Assembly: GCA_038208295.1 (NCBI GenBank)
Contig: JBBQYX010000009.1
Location: forward strand, 42 to 64,041
Source of the DNA: Candidatus Nanopelagicales bacterium
GTDB taxonomy: Bacteria > Actinomycetota > Actinomycetes > S36-B12 > JBBQYX01
Reading direction: 5' to 3'
Length of the DNA stretch: 64,000 nt
Position numbers and translations under genes: made by a program. Shown piece by piece: positions 17,270-24,742 of the stretch. The notes beneath the pieces were generated by a model that saw only the letters and a list, made by a program, of their open reading frames with translations, did not search any database and was not told the DNA's origin. How positions within the stretch are numbered: position 1 is the first letter of the stretch; every line of letters begins with the position of its first letter.

Positions 17270-17532
17270 GGCACATCACGCCCGGCGCCGTCCTGTTGGG
17301 ACTGCTGATGAGCGGGCCCGCCCTGGTGAACGCTTTCCAGAGCCCGACCGGTGACCTGGTCGACGCCATGGTCGCTTTCCTGCTCGCAGTGCTCGTCGCA
17401 GCGGCCGGCCTGGCCGCTCTTGAGGCACTGACCGATGCCTACCGGCACGGGGCGGGACGAGTCGAGCGTCGCACCCCCACCGTCCTGCGCGCCACAGCCG
17501 TGCGCGAGGACCTGGAGCAGCCACGCAATTAG
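17266..17532 (+). CDS. Small hypothetical membrane protein (88 aa), translationally coupled to the flhF-like gene
   Basis: ATGA start/stop overlap at 17266-17269. Two hydrophobic stretches (AVLLGLLMSGPALVNAF; MVAFLLAVLVAAAGLAALEAL). No family recognised. Confidence 0.45.
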   Translation: MRHITPGAVLLGLLMSGPALVNAFQSPTGDLVDAMVAFLLAVLVAAAGLAALEALTDAYRHGAGRVERRTPTVLRATAVREDLEQPRN

Positions 17533-17580
17533 CACGTCGGCGCATGCACGTCCTGCGTACAAGCAACGCATCGCAAGCCC

Positions 17581-17607
17581 TAAGGCGACCCCCAGCCCGT
17601 CCGATAG
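17581..17607 (+). promoter_or_regulatory. Candidate sigma-28-type promoter for the che operon
   Basis: TAAG-N15-TCCGATAG with the shared CGATAGGA core. Lies 36 nt upstream of GTG 17643, which has AAGGGGG as its RBS. Confidence 0.45.
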
Positions 17608-17642
17608 GAGGGTGTCACCGCCGCCAAGGGGGCAGGTATCCA

Positions 17643-20126
17643 GTGTCCGACATCGACGAAATCGTCAGCGAGTTCCTGGTCGAGAGTCACGAGAACCTCG
17701 ATCAACTCGACCGCGACCTAGTGTCACTCGAGCAGCAACCCGACTCGAGGGAACTGGTCGCGAGCGTCTTCCGCACGATTCATACGATCAAGGGAACCAG
17801 CGGGTTCCTCGCCTTTAACCACCTGGAGTCGATCACGCACGCGGGTGAGAGCCTGCTGGCGCGCATCCGCGACGGCAAGCTCCCGCTGGACGAGGCGCGG
17901 ACCAGCGTGCTGCTCGACATGGTCGACGCCGTCCGCAGTCTGCTGGCGCACATCGAGCTGGCAGGGGACGAAGGCTCGCCCGACCATTCCGCTCTGGTGG
18001 CCCGGCTCGAGGCCGCGCACAACCCGACGGCTCTAACCACCAGCGCACCGGCGGAGGCCCCGGAGTCGGCGCCAGAGTCGCCGCCAGGGCCGGCTTCAGC
18101 ACCCGATGAGTTGGAACCGGAGACGGAGCCGGAGCCGCCTCCTGTGGCTGAGATCCAGGCGCCAACTCACAGTGAGACCAAACTCGTCGCCGAGGGTGAC
18201 CCCCAGGTCGAGACTGAGCCGGTCGACGCGCTCTCGGCACACGCCGTCCACGACTCGACCGTTGTACCCAGGATCGGCGAGATCCTCATCGACCAGGGCC
18301 TGGTGGATGACACCGATGTGGCCCTGGCGTTGCTGCAGCAGGACGTCCAGCGGGAGACCAGCGCCGCCCAGGCCGAGTCGGGCAGCGACCACAAGCGCAG
18401 CGTCGCCGATTCCACGCTGCGCGTCGACGTCGACCTGCTCGACAGCCTGATGCGGCTGGTCGGCGAACTGGTCCTGACCCGCAACCAGGTCGTGGCGCAC
18501 GCCGCGACGCTGGGCGACACCACCCTGCAGCGCTCCAGCCAGCGACTGAACCTGATCGCCAGCGAGCTGCAGGAAGGCGTCATGAAGACGCGGATGCAGC
18601 CCATCGACAACGTGTGGAGCAAACTGCCCCGCGTCGTACGGGATCTGTCCGTGTCCTGCGGCCGGCAGGTTCGCCTGGTGATGGACGGTCGCGACACCGA
18701 ACTCGACAAGACGATCCTTGAGGCCATCAAGGACCCGCTGACCCACCTGGTTCGCAACTCCATCGACCACGGCATCGAGCCGCCGAACGTCCGGATCGCC
18801 GCTGGTAAGCCGGCCGAGGGTGTGCTGTCCCTGCGCGCCTACCACGAAGGCGGCCAGGTCAACATCGAGGTCGCCGACGACGGTGCCGGCATCGACGCAG
18901 CCAAGATCGGCCAGAAGGCATTGGCCAAGGGGCTGGTCACGCGCGAGTCCCTGTCGACGATGTCCCCCCGAGACGTGCTCGCCCTCATCTTCGAACCGGG
19001 ACTGTCCACCCGCGAACAGGTCAGCAACGTCTCCGGCCGCGGCGTCGGCATGGATGTGGTCAAGACCAACATCGAGAACATCGGCGGCGCGGTCGACGTC
19101 GCCAGCGAGCCAGGCGCCGGCACCACGATCCGCATCAAGATCCCGCTCACGCTGGCGATCATCCCGACTGTCACGATCGAATCCGGGGGACAGCGTTTCG
19201 CGGTCCCGCAGATCAGCCTGGTCGAGTTGGTGTCCCTCGACGGGGACCACCAGCAGATCGAGCACATCTCCGGGTCCCCCGTATACCGGTTGCGTGGCAA
19301 GCTCCTGCCACTGGTGTTCCTGGACGAGTTGCTGAGACTGCGTACGGAGGAACGCGATCCAGCGATCCCTGCGTACATTGCCGTCCTCAACGCCGACGGA
19401 CAGCAGTTCGGCATCGTCGTCGATCAGGTACTCAACACTGAGGAGATCGTCGTCAAGCCGCTGTCCCAGCAATTGAAGCGGCTGTCGATGTACTCCGGCG
19501 CGACGATTCTCGGTGATGGCCGAGTGGCGCTGATTCTCGATGTCCTAGCGCTGGCACAGCAATCCAGTGTGCTTGCTCCCGAGCGGCGCCACGATGACGC
19601 CGCTGACCTGAACGTCGCAAGCGGCATGGGCGACACCGAGTCCTACCTGGTCGTCCGCCTGGGCACTGACCGCCGGGTGGGCATCCCGCTCGCGACGGTT
19701 ACGCGGCTGGAAGAGTTCAAGCGCGACGTGGTCGAGCACGCGGGCCGCCGCGATGTCGTGCAATACCGCGGTGCCATTCTCCCGCTGGTGCAGCTCGGCG
19801 AGATCTTCGGCGTCTACGCGGAGGAGAACCCCGAGACCATCCAGGTGATCGTCTACTCGGCGTACGGCCGCAGTGTCGGCATCGTGGTGGAGGAGATCCT
19901 CGACATCACCGAGTCCAGCGTCCTCGTACGTGGGGACACCGACGACTCTGGCTTGGCCCAGTCGGCCGTGCTGCAGGACCGCATCACCGAACTGCTCGAC
20001 GTCCGGGCCGCGATGGCCGTCGTCGATCCGCACTTCTCCGAACTGGCCGCACAGGAGCTTGCCAGCCGCCGGGGCACGGCCACCGACGACGTCATGGTCG
20101 AACAGCCCGTCCTCCAGGGAGTCTGA
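17643..20126 (+). CDS. cheA: Chemotaxis histidine kinase CheA (Hpt, dimerisation, HATPase and two CheW-like domains)
   Basis: Hpt (FRTIHTIKGTSGFL), P3 (LRVDVDLLDSLMRLVGELVLTRNQ), HATPase (DPLTHLVRNSIDHGIE, DDGAGID, GRGVGMDVVK, GAGTTIRIKIPLTLAI), then two CheW-like segments. The ORF-track start 17544 is replaced by GTG 17643 (VSDIDEIVSEF..) on the basis of the RBS and the candidate promoter. Confidence 0.95.
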   Translation: MSDIDEIVSEFLVESHENLDQLDRDLVSLEQQPDSRELVASVFRTIHTIKGTSGFLAFNHLESITHAGESLLARIRDGKLPLDEARTSVLLDMVDAVRSLLAHIELAGDEGSPDHSALVARLEAAHNPTALTTSAPAEAPESAPESPPGPASAPDELEPETEPEPPPVAEIQAPTHSETKLVAEGDPQVETEPVDALSAHAVHDSTVVPRIGEILIDQGLVDDTDVALALLQQDVQRETSAAQAESGSDHKRSVADSTLRVDVDLLDSLMRLVGELVLTRNQVVAHAATLGDTTLQRSSQRLNLIASELQEGVMKTRMQPIDNVWSKLPRVVRDLSVSCGRQVRLVMDGRDTELDKTILEAIKDPLTHLVRNSIDHGIEPPNVRIAAGKPAEGVLSLRAYHEGGQVNIEVADDGAGIDAAKIGQKALAKGLVTRESLSTMSPRDVLALIFEPGLSTREQVSNVSGRGVGMDVVKTNIENIGGAVDVASEPGAGTTIRIKIPLTLAIIPTVTIESGGQRFAVPQISLVELVSLDGDHQQIEHISGSPVYRLRGKLLPLVFLDELLRLRTEERDPAIPAYIAVLNADGQQFGIVVDQVLNTEEIVVKPLSQQLKRLSMYSGATILGDGRVALILDVLALAQQSSVLAPERRHDDAADLNVASGMGDTESYLVVRLGTDRRVGIPLATVTRLEEFKRDVVEHAGRRDVVQYRGAILPLVQLGEIFGVYAEENPETIQVIVYSAYGRSVGIVVEEILDITESSVLVRGDTDDSGLAQSAVLQDRITELLDVRAAMAVVDPHFSELAAQELASRRGTATDDVMVEQPVLQGV

Positions 20127-20127
20127 G

Positions 20128-20559
20128 ATGTCCACCCAACTGGCGACGTTCCGAATCGCCGAGCACCTGTTCGGAGTTCCCGTGAACGCCGTCCAGGAGG
20201 TCATCCGCAACCAGTCCATGACGTCGGTCCCGTTGGCGCCCCCCGCGGTCGGCGGCCTGATCAACCTGCGCGGTCAGGTGGTAACGGCCATCAATCTGCG
20301 CCATCGACTCGGCTTCCCGCCGGCACCCGAAGGCCAACTGCCGATGAATGTCGTCGTACGGGTGGACGAGGAGGCGGTCAGCCTCCTCGTGGACACCATC
20401 GGCGATGTCATCGACACCCAGGACGACCTCTTTGAGCCGCCACCGGAGACACTGTCCGGTCCCGGCCGAGGTCTCATCCTGGGCGCGTACAAGCTCGATG
20501 AGCAACTCCTGCTGGCCCTCGACGTGGAAAAGGCCGTCGACGTCAACGCCGCCGCGTGA
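20128..20559 (+). CDS. cheW: Chemotaxis coupling protein CheW
   Basis: ATG 2 nt after the cheA stop. MSTQLATFRIAEHLFGVPVNAVQEVI...VPLAPPAVGGLINLRGQVVTAINLR. The ORF-track N-terminal extension (from 19873) overlaps cheA. Confidence 0.9.
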   Translation: MSTQLATFRIAEHLFGVPVNAVQEVIRNQSMTSVPLAPPAVGGLINLRGQVVTAINLRHRLGFPPAPEGQLPMNVVVRVDEEAVSLLVDTIGDVIDTQDDLFEPPPETLSGPGRGLILGAYKLDEQLLLALDVEKAVDVNAAA

Positions 20560-20590
20560 CTGAGCTGGTCGAAAGAAGCGGAGACACCCC

Positions 20591-20965
20591 ATGCGGGCTC
20601 TTGTGATCGATGACTCCCGGGCGATGCGGATGATCCTCACCCGCATCCTCAACGAAGTTGGTTTCGACGACGTCGTCCATGCCGGTGACGGCCAGCAGGC
20701 TTTGGCTGCGCTGGCCGACGGTCCACTGCCCGATCTGGCCCTGGTGGACTGGAATATGCCCGTGATGGACGGCCTGCAATTCGTCTGCGAGTGCCGCTCG
20801 CACAGTGATTACCGCGGGATCACCCTGATGATGGTGACCACCGAGAGCGAGCACGGACAGATCGTACGAGCGCTCGCTGCGGGTGCCCACGAATACGTGA
20901 TGAAGCCCTTCACCGCCGATGCCATCGTGGAGAAACTCGCGTTGCTCGGCATGGGACAGGTCTGA
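20591..20965 (+). CDS. cheY: Chemotaxis response regulator CheY
   Basis: Stand-alone REC domain: ALVIDDSRAMR, DLALVDWNMPVMDG, TLMMVTTE, EYVMKPF. Confidence 0.9.
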   Translation: MRALVIDDSRAMRMILTRILNEVGFDDVVHAGDGQQALAALADGPLPDLALVDWNMPVMDGLQFVCECRSHSDYRGITLMMVTTESEHGQIVRALAAGAHEYVMKPFTADAIVEKLALLGMGQV

Positions 20966-20966
20966 C

Positions 20967-22202
20967 ATGCCTCCGATCAAGGTGCTCGTTGTTGACGACT
21001 CTGCCGTCATCCGGCGGATTGTCACCACCGTCCTGGACGAGGACCGGCACATCACCGTGGTCGGAACCGCCGGCAACGGCCAGATCGCCCTGGACAAACT
21101 CGACAAGCTCGACCCGGACCTGGTGACACTCGACATCGAGATGCCGGTGATGGACGGGTTGGAGACCCTGCGACAACTGAAGAAGCGCCGTCCCCGGCTG
21201 CCGGTCATCATGTTCAGCACGCTGACCGAGAACGGCGCCGCCGCCACTCTCGACGCGCTCACCCTGGGCGCCAGTGACTACGTCACCAAACCATCCAACG
21301 CGGGCAGTTTCGGGGCGGCTCTCGAGGCCGTCCGCGCGCAATTGGTCCCGAAGGTGCGTGCGCTGGGCGGCCGGGTGGCCGATCCGTTCCGCACCACGTC
21401 AGGAGCGGGCGCGGGCGGGGGAACCGGGTCCCGCCGGGCGACCCCGACGACGCCTCCCCGCAGCGGTCTGACCAAGCCCCCGAATGCGGCGGCTGGCGCC
21501 TGCCGGCCTACGGCGCCGGGACGCGCAACCCAGCGGCCGGGTCTGCCAGGTGTGACAGCGCGCACCGCCGGCTCGCCGCTGCATCCGGAGGTGCTGGCGA
21601 TTGGCTGCTCCACGGGCGGTCCCGATGCCCTGACAACCCTGCTGGCCGGACTGCCCGCCGACCTCGGCGTGCCGATCGTCATCGTGCAGCACATGCCGCC
21701 AGTATTCACGCGGCTCTTCGCGCAACGACTCGACCGGGCATCAGGGCTCAGTGTCCGGGAGGCCGAACACGGAGACGAACTGCGCCCGGGTCTGGCTCTG
21801 CTGGCTCCGGGTGACTGGCACCTGTCGGTCGGCCGCCGGAGCGGCAAGTTGATCGCGGCGCTCGACCAGAGCCCGCAGGAGAACTTCTGCCGACCCGCCG
21901 TGGACGTGCTGTTTCGTTCGGTGGCAGCCATGTTCGGTGGCAACAGCCTGGCAGTCGTACTCACCGGGATGGGTCACGATGGCCGTTCCGGCGCCGAGGA
22001 CATCGTCCGGGCCGGGGGTTCGGTCCTCGCGCAGGACGAGGCGACCTCGGTGGTGTGGGGGATGCCCGGGGCGGTGTCCAACGCGGCCCTGACCGAGGAG
22101 GTCCTCCCCCTGGCGCGACTCGCCCCGACGATCATTCATCGGATCAGGGCATCGGGCGGAACCGCGGCACGATCGCACGCCGAGGCGGTGCCGACGCGAT
22201 GA
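20967..22202 (+). CDS. cheB: Chemotaxis methylesterase CheB (REC plus an unusually long linker plus esterase)
   Basis: IKVLVVDDSAVIR, DLVTLDIEMPVMDG; catalytic domain AIGCSTGGPDAL, IVQHMPPVFTRLFAQRL, GMGHDGRSG. The start is set at ATG 20967, immediately after cheY. Confidence 0.9.
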   Translation: MPPIKVLVVDDSAVIRRIVTTVLDEDRHITVVGTAGNGQIALDKLDKLDPDLVTLDIEMPVMDGLETLRQLKKRRPRLPVIMFSTLTENGAAATLDALTLGASDYVTKPSNAGSFGAALEAVRAQLVPKVRALGGRVADPFRTTSGAGAGGGTGSRRATPTTPPRSGLTKPPNAAAGACRPTAPGRATQRPGLPGVTARTAGSPLHPEVLAIGCSTGGPDALTTLLAGLPADLGVPIVIVQHMPPVFTRLFAQRLDRASGLSVREAEHGDELRPGLALLAPGDWHLSVGRRSGKLIAALDQSPQENFCRPAVDVLFRSVAAMFGGNSLAVVLTGMGHDGRSGAEDIVRAGGSVLAQDEATSVVWGMPGAVSNAALTEEVLPLARLAPTIIHRIRASGGTAARSHAEAVPTR

Positions 22203-23026
22203 CCATCACCGCCCAGGAGTTCTCGTTCGTCCGGGAACTCGTGTTGACCAGGTCCGCCATCGTCCTCGACCCGGGCAAGGAGTATCTGGTCGAATCCCGG
22301 CTGCTGCCGATCGCTCGCCGTCGGGGAGACACCGATGTGGCCGGGCTGATCAAGACGGCTCAGCGTTCGCCCGAGGCGGCGCTCAAGTCCGAGATCGTCG
22401 ATGCGCTCACGACGAACGAAACGTCGTGGTTCCGCGACCGACACCCGTTCGATGCGCTGGGGAACCACATCCTGCCCGAGCTGGTGAAGACCCGCGCCCT
22501 CCAGCGCCGGCTCAGCATATGGTCGGCGGCGTGCTCCAGTGGGCAGGAGCCCTACTCCATCGCCATGACCCTGGCCGACAAGGCGCCCGTCCTGGCCGGC
22601 TGGCAAACGAGCATCCTGGCCACCGACCTGTCCCCCACTATGATCGAGCGAGCCCGAGGCGGATTGTTCAGCCAGCTAGAGATGAACCGGGGACTCCCCG
22701 CCTCCCATCTCGTCCGGCACTTCGCGCGGGACAAGGCGGGTTGGCGGGTAGCCAAACAACTGCGTGATCTGGTGACGTTCCAGTTGCACAACCTCAATGA
22801 TCCGGCCCCGCCCGGACCGTTCGACATCGTCTTCCTGCGCAACGTGCTGATCTATTTCGCGCCGCAGACCAAGCGGGAGATCCTGGCCCGGGTGCGACGA
22901 GTGCTGCGGCCGGATGGCTTCCTGATCCTCGGTGCCGCAGAGACCACGCTCAATCTCGACACCGAATTCGACCGGGCAGCCATGGGTCCGGCTCCGATCT
23001 ACCGCATCCGCGACCCGAGGGGGTAG
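22199..23026 (+). CDS. cheR: Chemotaxis methyltransferase CheR
   Basis: ATGA overlap with cheB. FSFVRELVLTRSAIVLDPGKEYLVESRL, SIWSAACSSGQEPYSIAM, FDIVFLRNVLIYF. Confidence 0.9.
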   Translation: MTITAQEFSFVRELVLTRSAIVLDPGKEYLVESRLLPIARRRGDTDVAGLIKTAQRSPEAALKSEIVDALTTNETSWFRDRHPFDALGNHILPELVKTRALQRRLSIWSAACSSGQEPYSIAMTLADKAPVLAGWQTSILATDLSPTMIERARGGLFSQLEMNRGLPASHLVRHFARDKAGWRVAKQLRDLVTFQLHNLNDPAPPGPFDIVFLRNVLIYFAPQTKREILARVRRVLRPDGFLILGAAETTLNLDTEFDRAAMGPAPIYRIRDPRG

Positions 23027-23028
23027 TC

Positions 23029-23487
23029 ATGACCGCTTTGCAGAACGACTTCGCTGTGCACGAGGCAGCCCTGTCGGAGATTCTGGACGAGGTGCTGACC
23101 TCGGTGTCCATCGAAGGGCTGCCCGCCTACGACTTGTCGTTTGCGACGCATACGACGGGCTCGGTGACAGTGAGCGGGGCGTGGAACGGCTCCGTCCTGG
23201 TCGAGCTGCCCGCGTCCATGGACACGGTGCTGACCGGTGCCATGTTCATGATGCCCATCGAAGAGGTGGGCGCCGAAGAGTTGACGGACGCCATCGGCGA
23301 GTTCGCCAACATGGTCGGCGGCGGGGTGAAGAGCCTGATGCCCGAGCCCAGTCGGTTGTCGTTGCCCACCGTGGTGTCCGGCGGCGATCTGCAGACCTCC
23401 GTGCCCGGTGGGGTCCTGCTCGCGCGGGCCGAGCGCACCAGCGGCGGCGGCGCCCTGCGCGTGTCCGTGTGGTGGAACCCGAGTTGA
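23029..23487 (+). CDS. cheX: CheX/CheC-family CheY-P phosphatase
   Basis: 152 aa. DAIGEFANMVGGGVK matches the D/S-x3-E-x2-N active-site motif of the CheC/CheX/FliY family. Located between cheR and a second cheY. Confidence 0.7.
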   Translation: MTALQNDFAVHEAALSEILDEVLTSVSIEGLPAYDLSFATHTTGSVTVSGAWNGSVLVELPASMDTVLTGAMFMMPIEEVGAEELTDAIGEFANMVGGGVKSLMPEPSRLSLPTVVSGGDLQTSVPGGVLLARAERTSGGGALRVSVWWNPS

Positions 23488-23521
23488 TCCCGACGTCTCA
23501 TCGACCGAACGCAGTGAGGCC

Positions 23522-23890
23522 ATGACTATGAAGATTCTCATCGTCGACGACAGCCGGGTGATGCGCTCCATCGTGACCCGAACGCTGCGGCAAGCCGGTT
23601 TTGGCGACCATGACATCGACGAAGCCGCTGACGGGCGCCAGGGCTTGGACAAGGCTCTCGCCGATCCGCCGGACCTCGTGCTGTCCGACTGGAACATGCC
23701 CGAGATGTCTGGTCTGGATTTCCTGCGGGCGCTGCGGGCGGCCGGCAAGGCGGTCCCCTTCGGCTTTGTCACCTCCGAGGGGTCGCCGGACATGCGCGAG
23801 GTCGCCATGGCCACCGGAGCCTTGTTCCTCATCGCCAAACCCTTCACGGCCGACGTGTTCACCGAGTACCTGTCGCCGGTGCTCGGTTGA
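23522..23890 (+). CDS. cheY: Second CheY-like response regulator
   Basis: MKILIVDDSRVMR, DLVLSDWNMPEMSG, FGFVTSE, LFLIAKPF. The ORF-track extension from 23408 overlaps cheX. Confidence 0.85.
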   Translation: MTMKILIVDDSRVMRSIVTRTLRQAGFGDHDIDEAADGRQGLDKALADPPDLVLSDWNMPEMSGLDFLRALRAAGKAVPFGFVTSEGSPDMREVAMATGALFLIAKPFTADVFTEYLSPVLG

Positions 23891-23911
23891 GCGGACGACT
23901 ACGGTGCTCCC

Positions 23912-24397
23912 ATGCGTGAGACCCCCCTGCCCACGTCCAAGGCAGTCCGTGACCTGCTGAGCGACCTCATCGGGCGGGATGTGGACGTGGCCCCGGGGGA
24001 TCTGCTCCAGGTGATCCCGGCGGCCCCGCCGTTCCTGGCGGTCTACGTCACCGACTACCTGTCCACTGCGGCGGTCATCGCCATCGATCTGCCGCTGGCC
24101 GGCTATCTGGGTGGGGCGCTAGGGCTGTTGCCGGTCGGCGGGATCAACGACGCGATCGCCAAGCAGTCGCTGCCCGCCAGCGCCGTGGAGAACCTCTCCG
24201 AGGTGTTGAACATCGCCGCGGCCCTGTTCAACGGGCCCGGCGCGCCGCACGTGAAGTACTACACGATGACGACCCATGCGGATTCGCCGCCGTCGGACAT
24301 CGCCGCACTCGCCGGCTCCATCGGGCGGCGGATGGATCTTGTGGTGACCGTGCCCGGGTACGGCAAGGGCCGCATGTCGGTGGTGCTGAAGAAGTAG
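23912..24397 (+). CDS. Hypothetical protein, possibly a divergent CheX/CheC-like paralogue
   Basis: 161 aa, last gene of the che string. By eye it aligns with the upstream CheX (AVIAIDLPLAGYLGGALGLLP vs VLVELPASMDTVLTGAMFMMP). ENLSEVLN sits where CheX has DAIGEFAN, giving ExxxExxN. Confidence 0.4.
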   Translation: MRETPLPTSKAVRDLLSDLIGRDVDVAPGDLLQVIPAAPPFLAVYVTDYLSTAAVIAIDLPLAGYLGGALGLLPVGGINDAIAKQSLPASAVENLSEVLNIAAALFNGPGAPHVKYYTMTTHADSPPSDIAALAGSIGRRMDLVVTVPGYGKGRMSVVLKK

Positions 24398-24407
24398 CGG
24401 CCGCTAC
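24394..24407. other. 14-bp perfect palindrome GTAGCGGCCGCTAC containing both convergent stop codons
   Basis: Read directly. The TAG of the 23912 gene (24395-24397) and the TAG of csrA (complement of 24404-24406) are mirror images within it. Confidence 0.9.
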
Positions 24408-24670
24408 TGAGGGTCGGAACCGGGCGCCGGCTTGGCGCCCTTGACCGGCTTGGCGCCCTGGAACAGAGCCGCCACGGCGGCGGCATCCGGTGATGCGGCC
24501 GCTTTGTTGGCCTCGGTGATCTGGGCATAGATCTCCGAGCGGTGTACGGGGACCTGCCGCGGGGCTTCGATGCCCACCCGGACCACGTCACCGCGCACCT
24601 CGAGCACGGTCACGACGATGTCGTGGCCGATCACGATGCTCTCGCCGACTCGGCGGGTGAGAACCAGCAC
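24404..24670 (-). CDS. csrA: Carbon storage regulator CsrA (with C-terminal extension)
   Basis: (V)[50 protein letters not shown] is canonical CsrA. GTG 24670 with GGGTGG upstream gives the typical MLVLTR start (the ORF-track start is 24679). An Ala/Lys/Pro tail of about 30 aa extends beyond the core. Confidence 0.85.
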   Translation of the reverse strand: MLVLTRRVGESIVIGHDIVVTVLEVRGDVVRVGIEAPRQVPVHRSEIYAQITEANKAAASPDAAAVAALFQGAKPVKGAKPAPGSDPQ

Positions 24671-24742
24671 GTCGGCCACCCTATGTGTAGCGACTGTGCA
24701 GCGACCCGGGATGGGTCGCTACCTGCCGCGAGCGGCGATCGG

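Noticed and set aside
17544-17642. N-terminal extensions in the ORF track (cheA 17544, cheW 19873, cheB 20919, cheR 22055, cheY2 23408, SDR 43222, glbO 44598, ettA 49535, rpiB 29021, dsbA-like 29719, ssb-like 50184, treZ 57393)
   Set aside because: The extensions overlap the preceding gene or a candidate promoter. They lack family similarity, and internal starts with an RBS or stop/start overlaps give canonical N-termini.
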